IMG/VR virus record: IMGVR_UViG_3300035698_011322 | Span: 1-64,000 of that record | Strand: one strand, 5' to 3' | From: a virus | DNA: 64,000 nucleotides | Shown here: positions 1 to 10,356 of the stretch, piece by piece | Position numbering within the stretch: position 1 is the stretch's first letter | How the letters are laid out: every line of letters starts with the position of its first letter | Notes under the pieces: model-generated | Databases searched by the model: none | What the model was told of the DNA's origin: nothing | What the model saw: only the letters and a program-made list of their open reading frames with translations | Translations under genes and position numbers: made by a program

Positions 1-1544
1 AATAGTTCTTGTGCTCGTTCTAGTACTTTGTCCCTCTCCTTGCCTTCGTGCATCTGTGATGCCTGATTCTTTAGATCCTTCATTAGACCCTTTACTTCTT
101 TACGCTTAAAGAATACTTCTCTCTCAACCTGTGCAATCACACCAATCTTGGATGTTGAGAATATCGAACCACAAGGAGCAATGGCTATAAGACCTTTACT
201 CAAAACTTTATTGAAGTTCTCCAGCCTCTTACCTGTCATTTTTACGATACCACTATGCTCCTTGAACATATCAAACTCCATGAAAGCCTTGTTCTTGACG
301 CAATCAATAATGTAACTTTCCTTCAAGCCCATTATTCTCCCGATGTATGTTTCGACAGACATATTCAATGCAATAATATGTGATGGGTAAGATGATGTAA
401 TATCAACAGATGTGACCCAGTTATGCATGCCCTTCTGTGGATCTTTGACATAGGCAGCCTCAAATGTTTCCTGTGCACCACCCATAAAAGTAGGAGCACA
501 TTGTCCTTCTCTTCTAAAGTGAACCAACATAGCACCCTCAATTAGTTGAGTCATTACATTGTAATATTTCATTGGAGTCTTTGTTAAGAGCGATAGTGAC
601 TGTACTAACTTTATGTAACCAAGCTTGTCTTCTAGCTGACGAACACGTTCGCAATCTATTACGTTGTATTCCACATACTTGTTCCAGTTCTTGTTATACA
701 TCTCGTTAAGATTACCATACTCAGAGTAATCTAGCTTACCTTCTCCTAGCTCTATCTCAGAGATATATCCTAGTTGGTAATTTTCTGGCTTGTTCGGTGA
801 ATACCATTTGTATATTGAATAGTAATCAAGTATACAGACACCAGCGATGTCTATATTGATTTCATCCGTATTCTTTTGTTTCCATGTTCTGACAATTTTG
901 ACTGGAGACATTAATACATGAGGACTATTCTTAAATAAAATTTTCGATCTATTGATTATATAAGGCAAATCGAAGTTCCATATATTCCAACCAGATAGAA
1001 CATCACATGGATTCCTAAATATATAGAGAAAGAACTTCGTTAGTATTTCCTTCTCATCCTTGCATTCTGTGAATACAACATTTTCCTTATTACCTGTATA
1101 CTTCTTTGAACCAAAGGATATGGTCTTTTTAGTTTTATTATCACTAAAAGAAATAATAGTAATGGGGTCAATAGGTTTCTTTGCATTAGGAAACCCCTTG
1201 CTTGTGAGTACTTCTATATCAATTGAGTATATTCTAAGGTTCGGAACATCGACCTCATCATCTGGAATGTTATAGTATCTCTCGGCTAAGAATTGTATCT
1301 CTGGCCTAACTTTATTCTCATAGCACATATTATTCAATTGAAAATTATAGTAGTCTTGATAAGTAAGGAAATCTTTACGCATAGCTGGTATGTCGTCAAT
1401 GGTTTTATCGCCCACTCTATCACCCGTTGACTTAACATAAACATATGGAACCCATTGGAACTTATCATAAAGATCCTTACCATCTATCTGCTCCCATATA
1501 TGAACAGTTGATTCTCTTGTATTGTAAAAAATATTCTTGAACAT
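1..1544 (-). CDS. Family B DNA polymerase (T4 gp43-like), N-terminal part; runs off window start
   Basis: Not in ORF track. Manual translation from ATG 1544 gives ExoI (YSIDIEV), ExoII (GWNIWNFDLPYIINR) and Pol motif A (SVDITSSYPSHI). Confidence 0.95.
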   Translation of the reverse strand, partial: MFKNIFYNTRESTVHIWEQIDGKDLYDKFQWVPYVYVKSTGDRVGDKTIDDIPAMRKDFLTYQDYYNFQLNNMCYENKVRPEIQFLAERYYNIPDDEVDVPNLRIYSIDIEVLTSKGFPNAKKPIDPITIISFSDNKTKKTISFGSKKYTGNKENVVFTECKDEKEILTKFFLYIFRNPCDVLSGWNIWNFDLPYIINRSKILFKNSPHVLMSPVKIVRTWKQKNTDEINIDIAGVCILDYYSIYKWYSPNKPENYQLGYISEIELGEGKLDYSEYGNLNEMYNKNWNKYVEYNVIDCERVRQLEDKLGYIKLVQSLSLLTKTPMKYYNVMTQLIEGAMLVHFRREGQCAPTFMGGAQETFEAAYVKDPQKGMHNWVTSVDITSSYPSHIIALNMSVETYIGRIMGLKESYIIDCVKNKAFMEFDMFKEHSGIVKMTGKRLENFNKVLSKGLIAIAPCGSIFSTSKIGVIAQVEREVFFKRKEVKGLMKDLKNQASQMHEGKERDKVLERAQEL

Positions 1545-1570
1545 ATTACTCACCCACCCCCCCCTCTCTT

Positions 1571-2005
1571 TTATAACCCCGTAGATCCAAATCCTTGTGA
1601 TCCTCTTTCTGTTGGTTCAAGTTCATCTACCTCAACTATCTTTGATATAAACACAGGTGATACAACGCCTTGGGCAATACGATCACCAGCCTTTATTATA
1701 AACAATTTCCCATCAGTTCTATTGTTACAAATAGGTATCTTTATCTCACCTATATATGAGTTATCAACAGTCCCAATACCGATTGCTATATAGTTTGGGT
1801 ATATTATTGATAGACCACTCCTTTGTCTTACTGTCATTTCATGCCCTGATGGTATCTTAAAAGCCAAGCCTGTTTTCACTATTTTCATTTCACCTGTGGA
1901 TATAAGGCAATCATGAGCTGAGGATAAATCAAATCCAATATCACCCATATAAGCATATTTCGGTATTTTAGCATTCTCATGTAATCTCTTGACAAGTATA
2001 TTCAT
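1571..2005 (-). CDS. dut: Trimeric dUTPase
   Basis: GFDL, RSGL, GTVDNSYIGEI, GDRIAQ, RGSQGFGSTG motifs. Confidence 0.97.
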   Translation of the reverse strand: MNILVKRLHENAKIPKYAYMGDIGFDLSSAHDCLISTGEMKIVKTGLAFKIPSGHEMTVRQRSGLSIIYPNYIAIGIGTVDNSYIGEIKIPICNNRTDGKLFIIKAGDRIAQGVVSPVFISKIVEVDELEPTERGSQGFGSTGL

Positions 2006-3375
2006 CTTCTAGTCCCCCCACCCCTTTGTTGTCTTCGTTGCTTTTGTGCTGCCTCTCGTTCATCACCAGATGTTGATCTATCACTTATCCATTCATCCAT
2101 TTCTGTCTCATCATACATTTTCAAACTTCTCGCATCATAGTATAATTTTGATATCTCACCCACTCTACCACCAAGTCTGTTCTTTACAATCTTATAAGTA
2201 AGTTCATTTTGATATATCATGTTGTCTTCATCAGTACCCAGAATTATCACCAAATCAGATGTAGCGGCGATTCCGAGGCTTTCGGCAATGTATGTAAAAT
2301 CAAGCTCCCGAAATCCAACGAATGATCCTTCTCTGTTTAATTGACTAACAGATACAACAGGAGATTCGAACTCAAAAGAAAGTGCTCTGAGTTCTTCTGA
2401 TATCCTTTTTATAGCCGAATACATATTACCTTCAACTTTATATGCTGTTTTCATAAGATTTATGTAATCAACATATATAATGCCTATCTTGATCCCCCGC
2501 ATTAGTAGTTCTCTCAGATATATCTTAAAGTCCAGTACAGATGCCTCACCTGTTGGGAATTGTTTAATGTATAATTCACCTCTATCCGTGTTGCCCTTTA
2601 GTTCTCTTAAAGAAGCTAGTAGTTTTTTCTTTGTATTAGCAACATTATACATTCTATTGATATCAAGCAATGAGTATATGGCATCAAATCTTTGAGCAAA
2701 TGCATTCTCTGACATTTCAAGTGTCATTAGAACTACATTATGACCACGAAGTACTTGTCGAGCAGCAATATTTGCCATAAACGAACTTTTGCTGCCATGA
2801 ATTCTAGCAGCAAAAGTTGATAGTGTAAATGGAGGAAATCCACCATTCAAATACTCATCCAGTTGTGGGAAATATGTTGGTATCCTTATGTCTACGGCAT
2901 TGAATATCTCTCTAAGTCGTTTGCCTAAGTCACCAAAATAATTTAAACCCAGATCGACCTTTATATCTTTGCTCAAAGCAGTTTCAATGATATTCTGTAT
3001 CTCGGCCCTACTCTCAGGATCGTCAACCTTATCAACAGAGGTAATGATAGCATTCTTTATTGCCTTCTCTTTCAAGTATTCATTTGTTTGAGTCAACAGA
3101 TGATCATAGTTTCTGTTTATATCATAATCAATTAGTTCAATGTCAGTCAGAGCCTCACTAATATCATCCTTATTGTCCCCAAATGAGTTTATGATTATAT
3201 CCTTCTGTGGTATATCCTTATACTCTGAGAAGTGATCTCTAACAAATTCAAATATATTAGAGCATGCAGAATCATTAAAATATTCTTTTTCGAACACAGA
3301 GGCAATCACTGCTAAATACTTCTTACTACTCAGCATTCCTTTCATTATCAGTTTTTCTAAAAATTCCGAATTCAT
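2002..3375 (-). CDS. Replicative DnaB-like helicase (T4 gp41-like)
   Basis: TLEMSE, IYVDYINLM, SQLNREG, KNRLGG; variant Walker A (ARIHGSKS); start placed at MNSEF after AAGG. Confidence 0.92.
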   Translation of the reverse strand: MNSEFLEKLIMKGMLSSKKYLAVIASVFEKEYFNDSACSNIFEFVRDHFSEYKDIPQKDIIINSFGDNKDDISEALTDIELIDYDINRNYDHLLTQTNEYLKEKAIKNAIITSVDKVDDPESRAEIQNIIETALSKDIKVDLGLNYFGDLGKRLREIFNAVDIRIPTYFPQLDEYLNGGFPPFTLSTFAARIHGSKSSFMANIAARQVLRGHNVVLMTLEMSENAFAQRFDAIYSLLDINRMYNVANTKKKLLASLRELKGNTDRGELYIKQFPTGEASVLDFKIYLRELLMRGIKIGIIYVDYINLMKTAYKVEGNMYSAIKRISEELRALSFEFESPVVSVSQLNREGSFVGFRELDFTYIAESLGIAATSDLVIILGTDEDNMIYQNELTYKIVKNRLGGRVGEISKLYYDARSLKMYDETEMDEWISDRSTSGDEREAAQKQRRQQRGGGTRR

Positions 3376-3400
3376 CCTTTCTTCCATAAACACTTGCCCC

Positions 3401-3667
3401 TTATATTGTGAAATCCTTTTCTGAGAAGAAGTTAGTTACTTCATTTTCAAGCCAATCTTCTCTCCACCCATATACACCACCTTCTTTTAATGTATATACA
3501 TATTTTTCATAACCACGATTATAATGTCCACTAATTATAGTACAGATTTTATCATCAAGTAGTTCCATTGTGGTTTTATATCCTGGCCTGCTAGTACCAA
3601 GTTTTTTATCAGCTTCTTCCCTTTCTTCAAAATTCAATACTCTTACCTTATCACCAGATTCAAACAT
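3401..3667 (-). CDS. Hypothetical protein
   Basis: 88-aa ORF with GAGGA RBS. Confidence 0.7.
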   Translation of the reverse strand: MFESGDKVRVLNFEEREEADKKLGTSRPGYKTTMELLDDKICTIISGHYNRGYEKYVYTLKEGGVYGWREDWLENEVTNFFSEKDFTI

Positions 3668-3790
3668 AAAATCCTCTTTCTCTAATTAAATTCTTATTAA
3701 GTTTTATTATACTATAATTATATAAAAAAGTAAATGTGTTTACTTTTATCGCCGAATATTATATCATAAATAAATAGGAGCAAGATTTTT

Positions 3791-4240
3791 ATGGAAGAAC
3801 AAGAAAAGCAAGAATTGGTTGATAGGTCTGAGGAAGAGCAACGGATCATAGATGAGCTGAAGGCGGAACACCCTATTGATGAAATGGTCAAGTTCTCCGA
3901 GATCGATATAATGGATAAGCTCAAGGACAATAGCTTTATGATTGTCAAGTATAGAGAGCATTACTATCTGGAACAATCAAAATTTGAGAAACTTGAAGAT
4001 CTATATAACAAACTCCTAGGCATGCGGTATAAGCACTACAGATTCGATGATGAACGAGAATTTTCAAAAGTCGAGATTGAATTATATTGCCTACCATCAG
4101 ATACAAAAGTACTACAATTTAAGAAGATTATGTCACGGCAAAAAATAAGAGTAATGTTCTTTGAGATGGCTTACAAAGGCTTTGAAAAACAGCAATGGGC
4201 TATGAAAACATATTCAGACAATTTGAGAAGTGGAGTATAA
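3791..4240 (+). CDS. uvsY: UvsY-like recombination mediator
   Basis: Helical ~150-aa protein ending QQWAMK, located upstream of uvsW as in T4-like phages. Confidence 0.7.
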   Translation: MEEQEKQELVDRSEEEQRIIDELKAEHPIDEMVKFSEIDIMDKLKDNSFMIVKYREHYYLEQSKFEKLEDLYNKLLGMRYKHYRFDDEREFSKVEIELYCLPSDTKVLQFKKIMSRQKIRVMFFEMAYKGFEKQQWAMKTYSDNLRSGV

Positions 4241-4894
4241 ATGAAATTATGTGATGTTGATTGGAAAAATATGAGAAAAACCGAAAGTGGTAACTTTAGA
4301 GATGTTGTAAAAAAGAAAACATCGAAATATATTGAATCATGTAAGAATTGTGGTGAACCATTTTTAAGACCATCTGGAAGTAAGTGTATATTTTGCAGCA
4401 GATCATGTTCTAAGGGTGGTGAAAATAATCCTATGTATGGCAGAAGTGGTGAGTTAAATCCTTTGTATGGTAAACACCATACAAAAGAAGCAAAGAAGAA
4501 AATGAGTGAACAAAAAAGTGGTGAAAATAATCCTATGTATGGCAGAAGTGGTGAGTTAAATCCTATGTATGGCAAAACTGGTGAGTTAAATCCTGCTTGG
4601 AGAGGTGGTTGTACTGACGACCCTTACTGCCCTATATGGACAAGTGATAAAGAGTTCAGACAATCAATAAGAGATAGAGATAATAATGAGTGCCAAAATC
4701 CAGATTGTTGGGGGAAAGACAAACGAATACATCTACATCATATCAACTATGATAAAATGGATTGCCATCCTGATAATATAATTACTTTATGTGGTAGTTG
4801 TAATGCAAGGGCTAATACTAAAAGAATATGGCATGAATCGTTTTATAATATGATATTAGAAGAACAAGGTAAATTATTAAAACAAGCGGCATAA
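4241..4894 (+). CDS. Free-standing HNH homing endonuclease with NUMOD3-like repeats
   Basis: Repeated GE(N/L)NP(M/L)YG, HHTKEAKKKMS, C-terminal HLHHINYDK..N..TLCGSCN. Confidence 0.88.
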   Translation: MKLCDVDWKNMRKTESGNFRDVVKKKTSKYIESCKNCGEPFLRPSGSKCIFCSRSCSKGGENNPMYGRSGELNPLYGKHHTKEAKKKMSEQKSGENNPMYGRSGELNPMYGKTGELNPAWRGGCTDDPYCPIWTSDKEFRQSIRDRDNNECQNPDCWGKDKRIHLHHINYDKMDCHPDNIITLCGSCNARANTKRIWHESFYNMILEEQGKLLKQAA

Positions 4895-4902
4895 GGATAT
4901 AA

Positions 4903-7392
4903 ATGAATAAAGAGGTAAGAATATCAAAGCACAACCTAATGCAAATCAAAATCAACACCGAGAGTGCTGAATATATTGCTGGCATGAAAGAGTTGTTTAC
5001 TCAGTATGTGGAGGGATTTCAATATACTCCTAAATTTCGTAGCGGAAGCTGGAACGGAAAAATTTGTTTAGTAAGTAGTCCACACAACACTCTACCCTAT
5101 GGACTGTTATTAGATCTTATAAAGTTTCATAAATTGCACTTCTCAAGTTTCCATTTATCTGTGGATGATGATGTTAAAGAGTTCTTCAAGGGCCCAGAGC
5201 TGAAGGTCAAGAATGATCTTTCACTCAAACCAAGATTCTATCAAAAGGAAAGTATACGAATATGCCTAGATAGAACAAAGGGTATCATTAGATCAGCAAC
5301 CGCTTGCCATGCAAAGGGTGATAAAATTATAATATTTGATGGATCTATAAAAAACATAGAAGATATAAAAATAGGTGACTTTGTAATTGGAAAAGATGGT
5401 AAACCAAAAAAAGTTATCAACGTTTTTAATGGTATCGATGATCTATACGAAATAGATCCAAAAAATAATAGAGAATCAATAACTGTAACAGGAAATCATT
5501 TATTACATTTAACCTTCACAAATCGTGGCGGAAAATATAATAAAAGATGGAACTCATTCGAAAATATTTCTGTTGAGGAATATTTAAATAAGAGTAAAAC
5601 ATATAAACATCAATCAAAACTTTATTATAATAAAGAAGAAATAAACTTTTCTCAGAAAAAAATTGATTGTAATCTTTCACCATATTTTATAGGATTGTAT
5701 TTAGGTGATGGTGGAAAAAATGTCTGTTCTGTATATAACATAGATGAAGAATGTATAAACGCTATTTATGAAGAAGCTGACAAATTTAATATGGAAGTTA
5801 TAACTAAGTCATATAGCAAATATGGTTATTTTATTAAAGGATCAAAAAACAAAAGAAATATAATATTCAACGAATTAGAAAAAATAGGAATTATATTTGG
5901 AAGAAAACAAATGTGCGCATGTGAGGATAGATTTATACCAAAAATAATATTTAACCAAAGTATAGATTATAAAAAAGAAGTTCTTGCTGGATTAATTGAT
6001 TCGGATGGATGTTTAACAAACAGAACATATTATGAATATTGTTCAAAATCAAAAAAATTATCTGATGATGTTAAATTATTATCTACTTCATTGGGATTGG
6101 TATGTTCAATGTCGATTAAAGTTGTAAATGATGTGGATTATTATAGAGTGGTAATAATGGGTGATATATTAAGAATACCTGTTAGAATAAAAAGAAAACA
6201 AAATGTTAAAAAATCAACAACAGATGCTTACAAAAGTGGATTCAATGTAAATTATGTTGGGAAAGGGGAATATTATGGCATCCAAGTAGAAGACTCTTTA
6301 TATTTAACAGATGGTGGTATGGTAACTCATAATTCAGGTAAATCACTAGTGATCTCATATATAATGAAAACTCTACTAGAGAACAAAAAGTCTGGTGTCA
6401 ATAGAGTATTATTATCAGTAACGAGAGCTGCACTAGTAGAGCAATTTTATAATGATATGCTAGAGTATGGTATACCAGATAAACTAATAGGTAGGGTGTA
6501 TACCAAAAGAAAAGAATGGGACACACCTATCACTATATCCACATGGCAATCATTAATGAATAATCATGATAAACTTCCTAACTATGATTGTATAATATGT
6601 GATGAGGTACATGGTGCGAAATCTCATGAGCTTAAGAAAATATTAGTCAAGGCAACCAAAGCTAACTATAGATTGGGGTTCACAGGCACACTCCATTCAG
6701 CCGAGCTTGACAACTGGAATACAAAATCGTATTTGGGGCCTGTGTTGAAAGAATACTCATCTGGCTTTCTAGCAGAAAAGGGATTCATAAGTAAATGTAA
6801 TGTCCATATATTAGGAGTAGAATATGAAGCTGGTGATGATATTAAAGGGGATTATAATGAGGTCAAAGATATTGTGTTCACTAATAAATACAGAATCAAT
6901 GTCATTAGTGATCTTATTAATAAGCTTGATCATAATGTTTTACTTCTAGTTGGGTTGGTAGAAAAAGAAGGCAAAGTTCTTCTGGACGAGCTGAAGAGTG
7001 TTAATAAAGAGGTGGTGTTTCTCTCAGGCAGGGATAGTGTTGAGGATCGAGAAAAGTGGCGGAATGAAATGGATAAACGAAATGATATTGCTCTGATTGC
7101 CACATATGGAATATTTGCTGAGGGTATAAATATTCCAAATTTGAAGTACACTATACTTGCATCCCCGTTTAAAGCAAAGATTAGAATACTTCAGTCAATT
7201 GGTAGGAACCTTCGGATGCATGAAAACAAAAAACATGGAGCACATATATTTGATATACATGACCATGTTAAGTATCTTGAGAAGCATGGGGATGTGAGGT
7301 ATAGGTTCTATGATAATGAGAAGTTCGGTATTAATGAATATAATCTAATAGAAGGAACTGAGTTCGATACATCACTTCTTAATCTGAAATAG
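4903..7392 (+). CDS. uvsW: UvsW-like SF2 helicase containing an intein
   Basis: Walker A split as SATA/SGKS, DEVH, GFTGT, QSIGRNLR. Confidence 0.92.
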   Translation: MNKEVRISKHNLMQIKINTESAEYIAGMKELFTQYVEGFQYTPKFRSGSWNGKICLVSSPHNTLPYGLLLDLIKFHKLHFSSFHLSVDDDVKEFFKGPELKVKNDLSLKPRFYQKESIRICLDRTKGIIRSATACHAKGDKIIIFDGSIKNIEDIKIGDFVIGKDGKPKKVINVFNGIDDLYEIDPKNNRESITVTGNHLLHLTFTNRGGKYNKRWNSFENISVEEYLNKSKTYKHQSKLYYNKEEINFSQKKIDCNLSPYFIGLYLGDGGKNVCSVYNIDEECINAIYEEADKFNMEVITKSYSKYGYFIKGSKNKRNIIFNELEKIGIIFGRKQMCACEDRFIPKIIFNQSIDYKKEVLAGLIDSDGCLTNRTYYEYCSKSKKLSDDVKLLSTSLGLVCSMSIKVVNDVDYYRVVIMGDILRIPVRIKRKQNVKKSTTDAYKSGFNVNYVGKGEYYGIQVEDSLYLTDGGMVTHNSGKSLVISYIMKTLLENKKSGVNRVLLSVTRAALVEQFYNDMLEYGIPDKLIGRVYTKRKEWDTPITISTWQSLMNNHDKLPNYDCIICDEVHGAKSHELKKILVKATKANYRLGFTGTLHSAELDNWNTKSYLGPVLKEYSSGFLAEKGFISKCNVHILGVEYEAGDDIKGDYNEVKDIVFTNKYRINVISDLINKLDHNVLLLVGLVEKEGKVLLDELKSVNKEVVFLSGRDSVEDREKWRNEMDKRNDIALIATYGIFAEGINIPNLKYTILASPFKAKIRILQSIGRNLRMHENKKHGAHIFDIHDHVKYLEKHGDVRYRFYDNEKFGINEYNLIEGTEFDTSLLNLK
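5305..6333 (+). mobile_element. Intein with LAGLIDADG endonuclease (343 aa) inserted in the uvsW Walker A motif
   Basis: Begins CHAKGD, ends THN followed by Ser; block B TGNH; GLYLGDG and LAGLIDSDG. Confidence 0.95.
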
Positions 7393-8314
7393 TATTGTAT
7401 TTGAACTGATATTTCTTTTCAAAGTCGAGTTTCTTTTGCCAGAAATCTGGTTTCATAGCCCACCCGCCCAGAAAGTGATCTTTTAACACACCAGCAAATG
7501 ACGATTCTACTAAAAAGTATTCTTTACACCTGAACGTTACCTCTACATATGATGAATGAGCTTTCTTTAAGTTCTTATCAGTATAATCATTTATATAATT
7601 ATTAAGATTGCTTTTTATTCTTTTATACTCTTCATCAGCCTTTGTTTCAACATACTCATCAAATGTTATTTTTGGAACCCATTCAAGATCAAGATCAAGA
7701 ATATCTTCATCAAACTCACCTTCTTCATCCATGACTTTATCCATAGCATCAAATTTGGTCGATTGAAATGTATTTTTATCATTATAATACCATGTTCCAC
7801 CATCGCTATCATCGCCATAATCTTCATAATAATCATTTTCTATTTCATAATCATCATGAAAATTATCATAAATTCTATCTTTATCTGGTGGAATTAAGTT
7901 ATACTCCTCTATAACAGAATATAGATCCTCTATATCTGGATTATAAATAAAACTATACTTCTTGCCTATAGGCAAGAAGATTGCTGCTTTTCCATAATTC
8001 TTTGCAGTACTTTTGTTTGATGTAGTAAACACACCCTCTGTACGCGGTCGCCACTTGAACTTATTATAGAACTCATCATCAAGATATTCCTGCATATCAT
8101 CATCCATATCCTTTGACTGTCTATCTTTTCGTGGCTTAACATGCACCATTTTCTTATTATAAGCTTTGTTAGAGCCTCTATAGAACCAATCCTTTAGGCC
8201 AACACGTTTCATATGCTTTAGAAATGGCATACATTTCTTTTCTAAAACATTGATTATACCATATAGCTCAAGGTCTTCTTGTTCTTTTTCAATTACATAT
8301 TGCTGTAGTTTCAT
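7379..8314 (-). CDS. Putative virion-packaged protein, possible ADP-ribosyltransferase fold
   Basis: N-terminal MKLQQYVIE; YRG...FTTS...VEV pattern; paralog of 11809..12465; acidic insert. Confidence 0.5.
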   Translation of the reverse strand: MKLQQYVIEKEQEDLELYGIINVLEKKCMPFLKHMKRVGLKDWFYRGSNKAYNKKMVHVKPRKDRQSKDMDDDMQEYLDDEFYNKFKWRPRTEGVFTTSNKSTAKNYGKAAIFLPIGKKYSFIYNPDIEDLYSVIEEYNLIPPDKDRIYDNFHDDYEIENDYYEDYGDDSDGGTWYYNDKNTFQSTKFDAMDKVMDEEGEFDEDILDLDLEWVPKITFDEYVETKADEEYKRIKSNLNNYINDYTDKNLKKAHSSYVEVTFRCKEYFLVESSFAGVLKDHFLGGWAMKPDFWQKKLDFEKKYQFKYNTISD

Positions 8315-8315
8315 T

Positions 8316-8594
8316 TTAATAGTCTGTATAATAATCTATTGAAATGTAGTTACCCGATTTATAATAATTAACAGCTGATGGATGAACACCAAATGATTTT
8401 GATATCTCTTTAAGTATATTAAGTGGGTAGACATTTTTATCATCATTATCCTTTTCAATGTTTATTGTAATATTTACCTTTTCACTGGATATTTTTAATG
8501 ATGTCCCATGTTTCTTATTAATCTTATTAATAGCATCAATATACTTTTTGTTTTTGCCTGATTTCGCTTCTACCAAATATTTATCTAATTTCAT
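8316..8594 (-). CDS. Hypothetical protein with capsid-targeting-like N-terminus
   Basis: MKLDKYLVE; GGAGG RBS. Confidence 0.7.
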   Translation of the reverse strand: MKLDKYLVEAKSGKNKKYIDAINKINKKHGTSLKISSEKVNITINIEKDNDDKNVYPLNILKEISKSFGVHPSAVNYYKSGNYISIDYYTDY

Positions 8595-8678
8595 ATTACC
8601 CTCCGTATTTTTTAATTCTTGCTGTGCTGGTTTTTTAAGATTTATGATATTCCCAGTGTACTGGTCTCTCTCTCTCTC

Positions 8679-9308
8679 TCATATAAATAATTTCTCAGTC
8701 AGAACAGCATTACCAGTATTCTTTATATTCTCATATATGTTCTCATATATTTTTGGTATCAATTCTTCACTAACAAAAGCATTACCAGTATTCTTTATAT
8801 TCTCATGTATATTCTCATACACACCAGAAATAGCATTCCATTGTGATTCCGAAAAGTTCATTTCTTTAAGTGAAAATGTGTAATATATTTTATTCTTATA
8901 TTCATGTACATAAACAAAATATTTACTAAATAATTTACTATCGATTCTGAACTTATTTATTATACTATCATAGTATATTTTTAAATATTTTTCAGCATCA
9001 AATTCAAATGATTCTGGTTTCTTTTCCTTTATAAACTGATATATTGCTGTCAGAAGTTTATTAAAAAGTTCTGTTTTTTCTGTTGTAGTAAAATTTCTAA
9101 ATTCTTTTGATAGTTTAATAAGCTCATTTTTATTATCTGATAACACCCAGTATATTATCCATTTTTGTATAAAATTTTCATAAAGCGTTTTAAATAGATA
9201 TTTTTGATTTTTATGTATAATCGTCCATTCATTATTACCAGTTTTGCTAACATCTTTATCAAATTTATTTAATAGCACACCTTCTTTTATGTGGTGTACT
9301 GGTCTCAT
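8679..9308 (-). CDS. Hypothetical protein with capsid-targeting-like N-terminus and C-terminal duplication
   Basis: MRPVHHIKE; YENI(H/Y)ENIKNTGNA twice. Confidence 0.65.
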   Translation of the reverse strand: MRPVHHIKEGVLLNKFDKDVSKTGNNEWTIIHKNQKYLFKTLYENFIQKWIIYWVLSDNKNELIKLSKEFRNFTTTEKTELFNKLLTAIYQFIKEKKPESFEFDAEKYLKIYYDSIINKFRIDSKLFSKYFVYVHEYKNKIYYTFSLKEMNFSESQWNAISGVYENIHENIKNTGNAFVSEELIPKIYENIYENIKNTGNAVLTEKLFI

Positions 9309-9832
9309 ATAAACAATTCCAATAACTCATATATTAATTTAGTTTGTTCCTTATTGAATTTAAATTTTTTAACTGATTTATTTGTCCATGCTTTCAAATC
9401 ATCTTTTAGTTCTTGACTCATTGCTGCCCAATCAGCCATCATTTCAGCAATATCTATATCACTCATTTTATCTACACTACTATGTGCCTGTGGATGATGT
9501 TTGTTTACTCCTATATGATGTTTGGATGCTTTCTTTACTTTATCCTTTATACCATCTGGATATTCAAATCCTCTTCCAGCATTTTTTTCTTTATGCCACC
9601 ACGAAAGCCATATATATGGTATTCTTTCCTCTTTGCTATACTTTGATTTATCATGGTTTTTAGCTCTTGACATTAATTGAACTTTATTTAAATCATCTCT
9701 TTCTTCAGCAATTGTATATAAATTCTTTTGAACTCTTTTGATATGTTCGTTAGTTCTTTTCTCATAAAAATCAACCATCTCTTTTGTTGGTTGGGTTTCT
9801 TTAGCTTCTTTTATATAGTGTGTTAGTCTCAT
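9305..9832 (-). CDS. HD-superfamily phosphohydrolase (DUF5662-like)
   Basis: MRLTHYIKE; H..V, HDKSK, HH..N.HHP, EMMADW. Confidence 0.75.
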   Translation of the reverse strand: MRLTHYIKEAKETQPTKEMVDFYEKRTNEHIKRVQKNLYTIAEERDDLNKVQLMSRAKNHDKSKYSKEERIPYIWLSWWHKEKNAGRGFEYPDGIKDKVKKASKHHIGVNKHHPQAHSSVDKMSDIDIAEMMADWAAMSQELKDDLKAWTNKSVKKFKFNKEQTKLIYELLELFI

Positions 9833-10356
9833 GTGGTTTCCCAGAATATCTCGGCAAATTGCCCATCAAAACCCCATCCCCTTCTCAATTCACTTCCAAA
9901 TGTTTTCTTGAATAATTTCCAGTATTCATTAACACTAACTTTATACCATGGCCACCCATTAACAAAATCTTTATCTGGTGTTCCATTGCCCATATGTGTC
10001 CATACCATATCTGTGTTCTTTAGCTTAATTGTCTTATATAGTTTCTTGAACTTTCTGTTTACTACCTTATTGTCTAATCTCTCCATTTCAATATATGGTA
10101 GTTTATTATACTCTTCTTGGCTCATACCATATTCTTTTTCAAAATCCTTTACTTTTAGCCTATGTTTTTCTTCATCACCCACATATCCACCTAGAAAAGA
10201 CAAATCGGATTTTCCGGCTTGAACAGGTAACAACCATATACCTTTTCTAGCTGGCGCTCTTAATCTTTTTCTATGAGTCTGTTTTTGCCCAGACATCGGC
10301 CCTAAACGAATAAAGAACTTATCCATGCCTTCTTTTATGTAGTTTTTTAATTTCAT
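9829..10356 (-). CDS. Hypothetical protein with capsid-targeting-like N-terminus
   Basis: MKLKNYIKE start with ATGA overlap. Confidence 0.7.
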   Translation of the reverse strand: MKLKNYIKEGMDKFFIRLGPMSGQKQTHRKRLRAPARKGIWLLPVQAGKSDLSFLGGYVGDEEKHRLKVKDFEKEYGMSQEEYNKLPYIEMERLDNKVVNRKFKKLYKTIKLKNTDMVWTHMGNGTPDKDFVNGWPWYKVSVNEYWKLFKKTFGSELRRGWGFDGQFAEIFWETT

